Below are positions 1 to 13,233 of a stretch of DNA of 64,000 bases, piece by piece. The position numbers and the translations under genes were made by a program. The stretch's first letter is position 1; the number at the start of each line of letters is the position of its first letter. The notes under the pieces were generated by a model. The model was not told the DNA's origin and did not search any database. It worked only from the letters and a program-made list of their open reading frames with translations. This DNA is from Blepharisma stoltei ATCC 30299 (Eukaryota > Protista > Ciliophora): assembly GCA_965603825.1 (NCBI GenBank), contig CBFDEM010000056.1, positions 868,001 to 932,000 of the forward strand, in the 5' to 3' direction.

Positions 1-69
1 TATTAATTATCACTTTTATATGTTTAAAATTATTGCTTTTAATTCCAACAAAATCAAAAAATACCAATT

Positions 70-1851
70 TTATTCAGTTATAAAAGTTTCTGTTTTTATT
101 TCCTCTTTATTTTCTTCTACTACTGTCGGTGAGACTATTTCTTTTTCTAGCGTAACAGTATTTTCAATAATCTCAATAGGAGCTTCTTCTACTATTTTTT
201 GATTAATTGTCTCAAAATTTTCTTCAACAACGCTTTCGTAAATAGGATCTGAAAGTTTATATTTTAACAAATAATCCAAATTCGCCAATTGAGTTTTGGC
301 TTCTGGTGATTCTATTTCAGCATAATCATTGGTGAATACTTTTAGCGGCCTCACAGGTGGAGGGGTTTTTGATTGCTTTATTTTTTGAAATGGCACAAAT
401 TGGCTGCGTGAAGTAATATTCCTTGCTGCTGCTAAGCTAAAAGGGCTTCTTGGCTCTATAGTAGGGTGATAATAATTAGACTGGTATGATAATGCCATTG
501 ATTTTTTGCTTTTATATTCGTCTTCAATCCTCTTCTGCCTGAGCTCGTTTTTCAGTCTTTCTAGCTCATTTATTGCGTCAATTCTTTCATTATTAGAGTT
601 GCTTGCTTCTTGGCGTATTTTTGTAATGATTTCTCTTAGCGCGTTGTGCTGGCCTACTAGCTCACTTCGTGACTGTCATACTTCTAGTTCTCTTGGCTTT
701 ACATCATAAATTGTTTGCCTTTGGGGTTTGACTTCTTGATATTCTTTTGTCTGGAACTCCATTTTGGGCTTTTCAATTTCTCTTTCTTTCGGTGGTAGTG
801 GTTCTTGAGAAAAAGGCTCACTAAATTCTGAATTTGTGTCTTCTCCTTTTTCAAATTTAATTTCTTTTTTATATTTATGCTCGAGCTCCTTTAGTTCTCT
901 CATAATTTTAGCCTCTTCAATTTTTTCTTCAAGCAGTTTTCGCTGCTTTTGCTCTTCTTTTTGTCTCTGTCTTTCGAGAACTTGTTCTTGCAGCTCTTTT
1001 CTTCATTCGTCCTTTTGTTTTTGTTTATTATTTTGATAATCTTCATTTCGCAAAGGCTGTGGGCTATTTCCATTGGATCTTGGGTTGTTTTGGTGCTGAG
1101 GCTCAGGTTGAGAATTCATGAAATTTCCTGGTCTTTTGGTCACAATATTACCGTTTTCGTCTCTATTTGGAGCACCAGCGCCAGGCTTTCCAAATGGAAA
1201 ATATTCTTCTGAGGGACGGTTATTGGGGAAGACAGGGTAATTTATTTTTGAAGGTTGCTCCTGGAAAGACACTTTTTGAGGAATATTTTGGGAAAAATAA
1301 AAATTTGAAGAATATTGGTCTTGGGCTGGAAAAGTTTTGTCAGGAGTCAGCCATGTAGGCTCAGGCTCTTTTGAAAAATTATTTGAAAACGACTGTTGCC
1401 GATATCCAAATCCATTCATAAAATTTTGAGTTGGGATATTCCCTTCACTGCGGGTAAAAGATTGCTGGATAGGGTATGGTATGGGGTATGGTCTTGGCTC
1501 TTTATTTAGTGTATCAGGCACATAAGTTTCTTCGTTTTCTGGAATCCGACCTTTCCTTGTTTTCTTTTGTGATTCTTGCATACTTTTCTGGAATTCTTTC
1601 TTATATTCTTCCTGCATCAGTTTTCTTCTTTGTTCTCAATCACTGGTCGGGTTAGTAAAAAAATTGTTTCTCTCTTGAGCTGTTTTCTGGGCTTTTTGCT
1701 GCACAGGTGATTCAACTGTAAGTGTAGGCTTTTCTTGGTTTGACTCTAAACTTATATTTGATTGCACTCTTTGAAATCTTATAGGTGGATCTATACTAGA
1801 TTTTGAAGCATTTAAGTACCTTGCTATTGGCTCTAAAGAATATAAGCTCAT
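70..1851 (-). CDS. CSPP1/CCDC66-like centrosome/cilium coiled-coil protein (593 aa)
   Basis: Four track ORFs join in one frame through TGA at 1636, 1003 and 676; motif FPFGKPGAGAPNRD resembles the CSPP1 family; ends TAA. Confidence 0.6.
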
Positions 1852-1955
1852 TTATCTTCTAAGATTAAATTTTATCTTTATTTAAAACAAGAAGATTTTA
1901 ACAAAATAAACCTATCCTCTCTGCATATAACACAAAATTTAGTATAATTCTTAAT

Positions 1956-2555
1956 TTATTTCTTATACCTTTTATATAAAACGACTCCAGCCAATATAAT
2001 CCCTGCTATAGTCAATCCTACCACCGCAATCTTTGGAATATTATACTTTTCTGCCCCTTCTTCTACAACAATCTTCTTTTCAGTAGCTATTTCAGGACCG
2101 AGAACAAGCTTCACATCTCTATTACACTCATCACGAATTTTCTTTATCACTTCAATTTGTATATCAATTCCTTCATATGACGGATCTTCTCTCTTGATTT
2201 GTTTGAATAATAAAAGCGCATTGTTCAATTCTTGCTGGGCAATCAGGGCAATCCCCAAATAATACTTAAATTTTGTGTTGTGTGGGTAGGACTCTAAAGC
2301 ATCTTCACATTCATCTTTGGCTGCGTCGTAGTATTTGTTGGCTATTAAGCAGGAGACTAAGCTTGTCCTTATGCTTTCGTCCAATTCACTGAATTCTTTA
2401 TTAAGCTCATCCTTTGGGATGTCAGGGATAAAATCAATGCAGTCGTAATATTTAGCAATGGCTGCTTCATAGTTATTATTCGTGGATAATTTATCAGCTT
2501 CTTCTTTTAATTTTTTTGCTTCATTTAAATTTTGCTGATCTTTTGTAAGTTCCAT
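1956..2555 (-). CDS. TPR protein with C-terminal tail anchor
   Basis: TPR-like repeats (A..LKEEA..L...NNYEAAIAKY); hydrophobic C-terminus followed by KRYKK. Confidence 0.75.
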   Translation of the reverse strand: MELTKDQQNLNEAKKLKEEADKLSTNNNYEAAIAKYYDCIDFIPDIPKDELNKEFSELDESIRTSLVSCLIANKYYDAAKDECEDALESYPHNTKFKYYLGIALIAQQELNNALLLFKQIKREDPSYEGIDIQIEVIKKIRDECNRDVKLVLGPEIATEKKIVVEEGAEKYNIPKIAVVGLTIAGIILAGVVLYKRYKK

Positions 2556-2688
2556 TTACCCACTTATAAATGTATTAAAATTTATATTTAAAACATTAAA
2601 TTTATTGTTTAAAAAATATTAGATTTTTGTTTTCTTTAAAAGTATTTAATTAAAAAAATTTTTGCTTTAGAATATTTCTGAATATTAT

Positions 2689-3444
2689 ATGGAAATAAAT
2701 ATGATAGGGCCGAACAATTTTTTTTCACAGCCAATATTTAATCAAAAAAGTGAAACCAGTAAACTCAAAAAGAGGACAAACGGACGGAATTCGTCACAAT
2801 TAGTTACAATGGCAAATCCATCAATGACGCTTGCATCTTATAAATATAAGGCAAAAAGCCTTAAAGGAGAAAAAAAACCATCCATTTGTCTCACAAAAAT
2901 TCCAATAAAACTCTCCAAATCTGCAGCCAATTCTGCAAGACCTCCACATCGAATGAGATATGTTCCAAAATCATCATGCATAGCAAAAATTAATGAAAAT
3001 GGCTCAGAAAATAGTTTTGAGTCGACGAATTCTTGCATATATAAAACTCAAAGTTCTTTTGCAAGATACCCAGATAAGAACGCGTCTGAAACTTCTTCAT
3101 TATCAGATGATAAATTTTCAAGTTTTTCTATATCAAATCTAAATATAGAAAATAAAATTAGTTTGACTTCCCTATCAATTATTTCACTTAAAGAAGAAAT
3201 TTCTAGTGCAAAAGAGCTTTTCAAAGCTGAAATCGAGTGTATTAAAGAAGATATCAAAAAAATTAAGGCTGAATTTATAAATAAATCTTTTGAGGATGAA
3301 AGTGAAATAAAAAATAGTTATATTAAAAAAATCAAAAAAAATGATAAAAAAATAGAAATGCTTGAATACGAAAATAAGCTACTTAAAGCAAAGCTCAAGC
3401 AGAAAGATTTACTTTATGTGAGAGAATTGAGATGCAAAATATAA
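2689..3444 (+). CDS. hypothetical protein, C-terminal coiled coil
   Basis: 251-aa ORF, ATG to TAA. Confidence 0.6.
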   Translation: MEINMIGPNNFFSQPIFNQKSETSKLKKRTNGRNSSQLVTMANPSMTLASYKYKAKSLKGEKKPSICLTKIPIKLSKSAANSARPPHRMRYVPKSSCIAKINENGSENSFESTNSCIYKTQSSFARYPDKNASETSSLSDDKFSSFSISNLNIENKISLTSLSIISLKEEISSAKELFKAEIECIKEDIKKIKAEFINKSFEDESEIKNSYIKKIKKNDKKIEMLEYENKLLKAKLKQKDLLYVRELRCKI

Positions 3445-3607
3445 ATGAATATTAAATATGGAAACAATGAAAATTTAATCAAAATAAATGGAAAGTGAGT
3501 ACTTAAAGTATTTTCCTTGCTGCTGATTAAATATAATTATTCTAATTTTCTTTTTCTTTTAAACTGATTTTTTATATCATAATATTTAACAAAAGCTTAA
3601 AATTTTG

Positions 3608-4399
<792 letters not shown>

Positions 4400-4528
4400 T
4401 TAAATTTTAACAAAAAATTTTTAAAAAAATTTGTATGTTATAAATCTTAGCACAGTGATCAATTTTTGTTTTCCTCAGAAAAATATTCAAGCATAAATGA
4501 AGCTTTTTACTTAATGTAAAATTTAAAA

Positions 4529-5872
4529 TTAATGATCATTTTTTATCATAAAATAGCTTGATATATGGTAATTTACTTGAGATTTAGCTTCTCTTCGTAC
4601 CCAAAGCCTATAGACTATTAGAAAGAAAATTATTATTGATATCACAATAACCGTAATAGCAAGAGCCATTCATCCTTCTATTACATATTTTTCTGATATT
4701 TCTTTTTCAGGAATTAGACATAGATCAGGTTTCGATTCTTCATTGAAGCCTTCACATAATGCATTCTTAATACCTAAAATATCCCAGTCGCCTCTATATG
4801 TAATATTGTTTACTATAAGTGCAGGAAAGTATATTAAATCTAATTTACCTCACTCAAGTTTCTCTTTACTCAATAAAAAGTTATCATCAATCATTGGTCT
4901 ATTTTTGTCAAAACTGTCTTCCATGCATTTAGTGATATTTTTCCTATTAAGATTCACAGCACTCATAAGCGCATCTGAGCATTTATCAGAGAAATCATTT
5001 GGACACATTTCATAGCGTTTTTTCATATATCTATACCATAATTTGTAGTCTTTATACAGCCTAAAAATACAAATCTGTCGCAAGTCTTCTGTAACTACAT
5101 CTCGTCCTGTAAAAGGACCAGAAAAATCAGGATCTCGAGCACAGTATCTTCCTCCGCTTAAGCAGTCTGGATGTGGCTCTTGGTATCCTCTATACTTGCA
5201 TTTATAACACGAAAAATGAGCATAATGAGGCACAAAACTAGCCTGCTTTTCACTTAATTTAATTGCAGTGTCATAAAATTCATAAATAAATCTTGAAAAT
5301 TGCAAATCTCCAGAAGACATTCATATTGTGTAATTTATTTTTCTATTAACTATTGGCTCAATTTTTTCAAAGGTCAAAGACAAAATGACTTCATAGCTGC
5401 TGTCATTTGTGTATTTTTTAATTAAATTTCCATCATCTCCAGAAATAATGTAAATAGGAATCTCTTTGTTAATTTTTGACTCATTTTCAATAGAGACAGC
5501 ATAATCTGATTGTTCAATGCTTTCATCTGATATAATTAAAGCAGCTGCTCCAGCACTGTGAGCATTTCGAGCTTGAACTGCAATTGAGCATTCACTGCTG
5601 TCTACTAGCAAAAAATAGGCATTGCTAGCTTCTATATCATAATTTGATATGAGGGAATAATTAAAGCTGCAAGTTCCATTAATATAAGGATAATAAATAA
5701 CTTTTCCGTTCATTATAGAGCCAATAGGTAAATTTGTAAGGCCTGCTTGCTTGAATTTAACTCCATGGTTAGAGTAGCGGTTTTCTATTTCAGATTTCAA
5801 TTCTTCAGGAGAATAAATAAAAATTTTTGTGTAAATAAGAGAAAACAAGGCTGAAAAGATAATTTTTGACAT
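4529..5872 (-). CDS. vacuolar sorting receptor-like PA-domain type I membrane protein (447 aa)
   Basis: Signal peptide, PA domain (NAHSAGAAALII), CLSGGRYCARDPD, TEDLRQICI, C-terminal TM; joined through TGA codons at 5321 and 4850 and one before the TM. Confidence 0.85.
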
Positions 5873-6481
5873 TTTATTTAATAAGAATTTTGATAAATAA
5901 GATCCCTATGCTCATTGACTCTGCGGATTATACTTTTTGTATTTATTAATTTCTTCAATAGTAGCTAAATGGTATTTAATTATCATCCTTTTTAAGATCT
6001 TTATTGGAATTGTAGGTTTTTTATTTTGGTATATTAAGATTTAGAAAAATACTCCAAAAGCTTATTTTTTTAATTAATTTTATTAATAAATAATACAAAA
6101 TATAAAAATTCTACTTTTCTATAAAAAATTATTTCGAAATAGCTATTAGAGCACATAAAAATACACTAAGGGCAACTATTGATGTTTATTTACAGTTTTA
6201 TTTGAGCTTCATGTAGAAAAGTAAACATATATTTGCTTTCGAATAGCCTGAGATTGTTTTTATAAATTCATGAAAGAATATTTTAATATGGTTATCTTTT
6301 AAACTGAGTTTCACAATATTTACTAGAAATATAATAATGAGTGCTGAAATGATTGCGCTGAATACTCTTATATCCACCATACTGGGCTATGAAGTATCTG
6401 TTCAAGAGAAAAAGTTGATTACTATCTAAATTCAAAATAATATTTAATATTATTGCCTTTGCATTTCTTCAAAAAACCAAA

Positions 6482-7579
6482 TTATCCTATTTGTTTAATT
6501 TGGCATGCTAATTCTATATCATTAATAGTCTTTTTCTCTAAGATTTGTATAAACTCAGCTACAGGGCAACTTTCTTTGCTGCAATCCGGTAATTTTAACA
6601 ATTTATCATTATAAATAATCTTAGCTTCCCTCTCACTATAAACTTCAAATATTAAGCTCGACGCAAATGGTGGACACTCTTCTTGAACCAAATTAAGGCA
6701 TGATAAAAATCCTGCCAAAGTTGTGTCATGAGCCGAATAGTAAGCATATTTATAACCCCTCGAATCAAACGCTTCATTAATCCTAATAATTAAATCTTTA
6801 AAAAATTGGCTGCAAACCAATATTTGAGCTTCTTCATTTGAATATGGCACAAAAAATTTTTTAAAGCCTTGCACTTTGGTTAATGACTTATGATGTTCCA
6901 TGGTCAAATTATATGGTAATATATTCCCTTCAAATAAATCGCAGCTTAACGATGACCCTAGCTGAGAAGCAGATTTTATTGAATTTATAGTTAAATTTAC
7001 AGCTGAGCTGACTTCATCAAACAAAGGTTTCAATTCATTTTCTTTGCTTTTATAGCTATCACTTTTCAATATGCTTTGATATATTTGTTCTACACGTGGA
7101 CATATTATTTCGTCATAGCCTCTTAAGATATGGTCTTCTTGCTCTAGAAGTACATTAATTTTCAACATTTCATGGTTGCAAGCTGCCAAATTTGGGAAAA
7201 AATAAGAAAATTCTGAATTTTGATCCTGCATGATTTTCCTAGAAAAATTAGGGTAAATTCCGAGCATATGATAATAAGCGCTGGTTCTTGTCCTTTCTTT
7301 ATTCGAAGAACAAGCGTAAATCTCTGAGGAATTATAGTAAAAATTCAATAGTTGGAGATCTTCTACATACTTTTTTCTAATTTTATTGCCTAAAAGAAAA
7401 TGCTGCTTTTTTCCTTTATGAGTTAATTGTCCACGATCATAATTTCTTCAAAAAGGTGTGTGAAAATTGAATACTTTTAGAGGAGCTCTTGCTCCATGCC
7501 TTGTTATCTCAGCTACAAAGATCAGTTTTGGGAAGGTGAGCCAAAATAAAAGGAATAAAATCAAAGAAAGTCAAGTCAT
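6482..7579 (-). CDS. histidine acid phosphatase (365 aa)
   Basis: Signal peptide, RHGARAP (recovered upstream of the track ORF with TGA=Trp), SAHDTT. Confidence 0.9.
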
Positions 7580-7711
7580 TTTAGAGAGAAAAAATAATTA
7601 TAATTGCTAGTAATCAGCTTGGCTGTGATATCAGATTGAAGAATGATTATAAAATATTGATTAAAATTAAGCTAAATAAATTCTTTGCAATTTTTCAAAA
7701 GCGATAAAAAA

Positions 7712-7785
7712 TGCCGTGACCCGGGATTGAACCGGGGACCTTAAGATCTTCAGTCTTACGCTACTCCCAGCTGAGCTACCACGGC
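7712..7785 (-). tRNA. tRNA-Phe(GAA)
   Basis: GCCGTGG/TCACGGC acceptor stem, CT-GAA-GA anticodon loop, GGTTCAATCC T-loop, followed by T-run. Confidence 0.92.
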
Positions 7786-7915
7786 GCAGAATATTTTAAT
7801 TAATTACATATACATATCCAAAAAAAAACAATGATTCCTAATAGCTTTCTTTCAATAGTAAAACAATATCTAGTTTTTATAGTTTATCATAATTATAATA
7901 CAAATTTAACTTCGT

Positions 7916-8482
7916 CTAAATCAAAAAAGATTCTTTTGTAGGCTTATAATGGTCTCTTGAAGAAAAAGCACCTTGAAAGCGCTTGCTATATTTTCTTGTA
8001 GTTATCGCCTTTTCAGAAATCAAGAGCTTTGGCTTAAAAACGGGGCAATTTGCACTTTCTGAAGGCTTTATATTTAAAGGCTTGAATTCATATTTTCCAC
8101 GATAGTCTCGTTTAAGTGCGTTTAAATGAATTTGATGCTGAGCTAATTTTTGTTCTAATTTATAGCGATTTGCGTCTAGAAATACCGATTTTACGTTTCT
8201 AAATAATATGTATCTAGGGTACTCAAAACTTCTCGGCTCTTCAATTGAAAAATCTTGCAGGAATTTGGATCTTCGTAAAATATTTTTACTTAGCGGAGAA
8301 GATCTATGGGATAAAGGCTTCAATAGCCGAGATAATGAAGTATTGGCTCTGGATCTTTCAGACAAGACACTAACGTTATTCATTCGTCCTGGACTAGGCG
8401 TTCTTCTAGGGACTTTTTGGAGCAAAGGTTTATGATTCTCTTCTGTATTTCAAGGAGAAAGCCCAAATAACGTTTCTTCCAT
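7916..8482 (-). CDS. hypothetical basic protein (188 aa)
   Basis: ATG at 8482 in frame with track ORF via one TGA; ends TAG. Confidence 0.6.
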
Positions 8483-8550
8483 TACTCAATTAATATCATT
8501 TATTTTGCTAAAAACTATTTTATCTTCATGAAAATTACCTTCAAAACCAC

Positions 8551-9717
8551 ATGCCTAAAAACAAGGCCATAATTATGGCATTTAAACTTATAGCAAGTTT
8601 ATCTGCAGCAACATTTTGCGCGACCAAATTTATCAACACAGCTGATGACGATCCTTTTTGGCGTACCAAAGCCCACGTCCCACTCAAAAGTTTGCCTGAA
8701 AGCTCCGGCTATTTGGTATTTTCCGGCAACTCTAATCGTCCATTAGCAAGAGAAATTGCAAGCTCCCTCGGCACCCACCTAGGTAACGTAAAAGTGGGTA
8801 GATTCGCTGACGGCGAAATAAATCTTCAAGTATTTGACCACATCAGAGGCCGAGACGTCTTTTTAATCCAATCCACCTGTCCGCCTGTAAATGAGCATTT
8901 AATGGAATTGCTATTAATGATATCTACAGCTAGAAGAGCTTCAGCCAAAAAAATTACTGCAGTTATCCCTTATTATGGCTATGCTAGACAAGATAGAAAA
9001 ATGATGAGCCGTGTCCCTATTTCGGCTGCTGATGTAGCTAAGTTATTAGAAACGGTAGGAGTTGATAGGGTTATTGCATGCGACCTTCATTGCGGACAAA
9101 TTCAAGGGTTTTTTGGGCCAAGAGTGCCTGTCGACAACTTAGAATCAAGCATTGTGGCGCTTGACCATTTTAAGCAGCTTAACTTAATCAACCCTGTGAT
9201 TGTATCCCCAGATGCAGGCGGAGTTTATAGAGCTAAAAAGTTCCAGAGCTTTATGATGTCAGAAAACTGTGATCCTGGACTTGCAATGATTATTAAACAA
9301 AGAGCAGGGCCGAATAAGATAGAAAGAATGGATTTGGTAGGAAGTGTAGATGGCTGTGACGCAATTATTATTGACGATATGATAGATACTGCAGGAACAT
9401 TATGCCAAGCTGCAGAGGTATTAAAGATTAATGGCGCCAGAAGAGTTTTTGCGTTTGCTACACATGGACTACTGTCTAAAGATGCTATGCAGAAAATTGA
9501 GAAAAGTCCTTTAGATGAAGTTGTGATTACTAACACAATTCCACTGCCTGGGAATAAGGATACTGAAATAGCTGATTTAGTACCGAAATCTAATTTCAAG
9601 TCAGAAAAAGTGAAACAGGTGTCTGTCGCCACGCTCCTTGCAGAAGCTATTAGAAGAGCTTATCAGAAGGAAAGCTTTTCTCAGCTGTTTTATCCAAAAA
9701 ATTTTAAAGGAGAATAG
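8551..9717 (+). CDS. PRPS: ribose-phosphate pyrophosphokinase with N-terminal extension (possible organellar targeting)
   Basis: YARQDRK, DLHCGQIQGFF, VSPDAGG, IIIDDMIDTAGT motifs. Confidence 0.97.
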   Translation: MPKNKAIIMAFKLIASLSAATFCATKFINTADDDPFWRTKAHVPLKSLPESSGYLVFSGNSNRPLAREIASSLGTHLGNVKVGRFADGEINLQVFDHIRGRDVFLIQSTCPPVNEHLMELLLMISTARRASAKKITAVIPYYGYARQDRKMMSRVPISAADVAKLLETVGVDRVIACDLHCGQIQGFFGPRVPVDNLESSIVALDHFKQLNLINPVIVSPDAGGVYRAKKFQSFMMSENCDPGLAMIIKQRAGPNKIERMDLVGSVDGCDAIIIDDMIDTAGTLCQAAEVLKINGARRVFAFATHGLLSKDAMQKIEKSPLDEVVITNTIPLPGNKDTEIADLVPKSNFKSEKVKQVSVATLLAEAIRRAYQKESFSQLFYPKNFKGE

Positions 9718-9838
9718 CTAAAAATTTAAAATTATAATCTGTTTTATTAAAAATTTTAACTATTTATTGACTGTTATCATGATGCTGCATCTTTTTTGTA
9801 AGTAATTTATATGTTTTATACAATAAAAATATAGTTTA

Positions 9839-10837
9839 TTATCTTTTAGTTTTATTCTGAACTTGTGAAGCCGATAGGGGTTTAGGAGACTTTTCAACCG
9901 ATGTGCATTTTATACCGATTTGGCTTTTAGAAAGCAAAGGACTTGCTGATCTAAGGTTGCTTGATGATTTTTCTTCTTTTATAGGGGTTTTACTGACCAA
10001 TTCTTTTTGTGTGTAACTATTCCTTCTCCTTTCAATATAATTAAAACTATGGTCACTTGCCCTTGTCCTCAGCATTCTTATTTGTTTTTCTAGTTGTGCT
10101 ACCTGTTCACATTTTTCTTCAAATTTTTTCTTATAAAAATCAGTCACACAATTCGCGCTTTCTGACCTATTTTCTTTTGATTTTTCTATTTTTTTCATTT
10201 CAGGCTGCGATTTTTGCATAGCAACCTGTAGTTCCAGCCTTTTTTTGTCTTTTATAAGTTCAGCTATTTTTAATGAGTCTTTTTTCATATTCATTTTCAG
10301 TGTTGATATTTCTTGAGTCAATTTTCTTTCATGTCTTATTTCTGAATTGCTACTTCTTGACGTGGTTAAAGGTGAGCTTTCTTCTCTTCTATGGGTGGGT
10401 CTATCAGCGTCTTTTTTCAGTTTTTCGATAATTGTCTTGCTGGTAGAAGCGAGCTCCAGTCGAGCATTTTCAGAGTCTAATAGTTTTTGCTGGGTATTTT
10501 CTATATGCAGTTTTAGCTGTTGCTCGATTTTTATATGGTTTCTGACTTCATCTTCAAGCTTTTGAAGGGCTTTGTGGTATTGATCAGTATTTTGATAGTT
10601 TTCAAACTCGTCCATAAGCATAAAATCACGCTTGATTTTCAATAAATCTTTAAGCTCATTGTTTATTAGAGATAAAGCTTGTAATGGGTCCATTTTCACA
10701 ATATCGTTAACTGAAGGATAAATATGGTCTGGGTCTGGCTTCTGCTTATATAATACCATTGAGGATAGTTCAGTGTATAAATAAACACATGTTTCTATTA
10801 CTGATTTTTCAATTTTTGAAGGCTTACTTTGTTGCAT
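9839..10837 (-). CDS. coiled-coil protein
   Basis: 332-aa ORF with LQKLEDEVRNHIKIEQQLKLHIE heptads. Confidence 0.7.
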   Translation of the reverse strand: MQQSKPSKIEKSVIETCVYLYTELSSMVLYKQKPDPDHIYPSVNDIVKMDPLQALSLINNELKDLLKIKRDFMLMDEFENYQNTDQYHKALQKLEDEVRNHIKIEQQLKLHIENTQQKLLDSENARLELASTSKTIIEKLKKDADRPTHRREESSPLTTSRSSNSEIRHERKLTQEISTLKMNMKKDSLKIAELIKDKKRLELQVAMQKSQPEMKKIEKSKENRSESANCVTDFYKKKFEEKCEQVAQLEKQIRMLRTRASDHSFNYIERRRNSYTQKELVSKTPIKEEKSSSNLRSASPLLSKSQIGIKCTSVEKSPKPLSASQVQNKTKR

Positions 10838-11334
10838 ATTATTTGTTAACGATAATTAAAATGAAAATTTATTTAAAGTTGGAGAATACATAAATAGTTA
10901 ATAATTATGTCAGTAAACTGAAGGAGAGGCTTCACTTATTTTATTTGGCATTTAAAAATAAGAATTAATATATATTATATTAGTGGAAATATTAGAATTC
11001 TACTTAAAATAGTCCAAAGATTAGTTTTCAAGACTTCAATAGCGTTAATATGCGTGCAAATAATAAGGCTTGCTTTGAAGTACTGCTATTTTTTATTTAA
11101 TTATACTTAATTGTGCATAAAAAATTTGATGAGCAATATTATATCAACTAGATTTTTATTTTTCTATCAGAAAAACATAAAATGCTTTAGCTAAATAGCT
11201 TGCTATAGAGTCCCATTTTGCAATACAATATTTCTATTTCTTTTATTAATTAATAAATGCATGTATCTCACTATAATAAATGATCCTTTAATCATTAGCA
11301 ATATATTGAAGAGAATAGAGTAATGAACATAACA

Positions 11335-11407
11335 GGCTCCGTGGCGCAACGGATAGCGCACCAGACTTCTAATCTGGGGGTTGTGGGTTCAAATCCCACC
11401 GGAGTCG
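11335..11407 (+). tRNA. tRNA-Arg(UCU)
   Basis: GGCTCCG/CGGAGTC acceptor, CCAGA-CT-TCT-AA-TCTGG anticodon arm, GTTCAAAT T-loop, TTTTT terminator. Confidence 0.95.
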
Positions 11408-11679
11408 TTTTTGCCATATTTTCAAATCAGAAACTCAAGATATCATAATTTTATTTAAAATTTAAACAAAAGCATGCATTATGAAAACATATGATAGATT
11501 TATTAAATTAAAAAATATTTTTCAAGCCTTAAAATAGCATCTTTTACTTTTATCATTGAATCCAAATATAAATGTATTTAGGCATTATTATGAAAATAAT
11601 AAAAAAACTAAAAAAGCATGAAAGCCTATGAAATCAATGAGTAAATTATAAATTCTTATTTAAAACTAGAATTAGTCAG

Positions 11680-12519
11680 CTACACAAGCAAGTGCAAAAT
11701 ACAAGGATGATGGTCACTCCCCAAAATATCAGGCCGAGTATACGCTTTTTCAATGTTTCGTTTCAAGCATTGAGAGATCAAAATATAATCAAGTCTTCAG
11801 CCTTGACCCTTCTCTTGTGCTCCCACATTTCTTCTGCTAAAATAGCTCCATCCCTTAACCCCTGGATGCATATATCTAAAAGTATCGACTAGTCTGCAAA
11901 CTTCAAGAGTTGTATGGAAATTTCCTCTTTCTTCAGGAGTAAGACAAGCCCAAGTTTCTTTTCCTCGTATATCATAAATATCGATATCCTCATGAATAAC
12001 ATTTAAATCGCCACACCAAATGACAGGCTTTACTTTTTGGAGCTCCATAATATAAGCTCTTATTGCTAAATCCCACTGTTGGGTCCTATAAGCGTGGTCT
12101 TTTCCAGCATTTGGAACGTATGTATTTAACAGGAAAAAATCATTGAACTCAGCAGTAATTGCTCGACCTTCAATATCATGCCTCTCTGTGCCTATTCCAT
12201 ATATCACTCTTTCTGGCTTTATTTCTGTAAGTATAGCTACCCCTGAATAGCCTTTTTTCCCATGTGAACAATTTCAATATTTATTAAAATGACTGGGGAA
12301 AAGCTGTTCTACATCTTCAATATTCTTGTCTTGTAGCATAGTCTCATTAAAGCATAAGATATTTGGAGCTTCAGACTCAATCAGGCGCTGAATTCCACCT
12401 TTAGAGAGCATTGAGCGAAGTCCACAGACATTCCATGATGCCAGCTTTATTAATTTCATTTCAGCTTTTTTGGGGCGCTTGCGAGGGTGATATTCAGTCT
12501 CAATTTTTCGGCGCTTCAT
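11680..12519 (-). CDS. APEX1: AP endonuclease / exonuclease III family (279 aa)
   Basis: SWNVCGLR, Y(W)N..KKGYSGVA, YVPNAG, GDLNV, G(W)RLDY, GSDHHP; two TGA at conserved Trp. Confidence 0.93.
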
Positions 12520-12742
12520 ATTTTAATAAAAAAAGATGCTGGCTAAGAATTATTATTAATTAATGAGCAATATGAATCAATAGCGATTATTTATAAATTA
12601 TTATTTTCTTAATGGCATCAGAATTATAAATTAATATTTTTTATTAATAAAAATGACTAATTTATAAGCTAAATAAAAATTTAGCTATTAAAGTCTCTTT
12701 TACAATTTGATAGATAAGGATTCTATCACTTTTTATTTATAT

Positions 12743-13201
12743 ATGGAAGAATCAATTATTTATTTTTACGGGAAACCTACACAAAGAGTAAAACAAGAAG
12801 ACGTTTATTTAGGTAACTTTTATCATTCTCCTATTCTTATCAATGGTGTTACTTATTCCACCGTTGAACATTTTTATCAGTCTCAAAAGTTCGATGACCC
12901 TGAAATTCAGGAAAGAATTAGAAATGCCCAAACACCCAAAATAGCCAGCAGACTTGCTCATGAACTTACAAATGATTCTAGAGAATGAAGCCATTTAAAA
13001 GAAAGTGTGATGAGGACTGGAATTTTTGCGAAATTTACCCAGCATCAAGATTTAAAAGAAAAACTTCTAGCTACAGGAACAGCAAAACTTGTAGAAGATA
13101 GCCATAAAGATTTGTACTGGGGAGGCTCATTAGAAGGGAGTCAAAATAGAATGGGAATATTATTAATGGATTTGAGAAACCAACTTAAAAATATGCCATA
13201 A
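12743..13201 (+). CDS. NADAR (YbiA/RibX-like) domain protein (152 aa)
   Basis: LGNFY, TVEHFYQSQKF, RE(W), AKFTQH.DLKE.LLATG...LVEDS..D.YWG..G.N.MG.LLM; joined by TGA 12986. Confidence 0.9.
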
Positions 13202-13233
13202 AACAATATTTAACATTCAATTTAAAAATTTAA

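Noticed and set aside
6198-6380. 60-aa minus-strand ORF
   Set aside because: Short, AT-rich, no motif; likely chance
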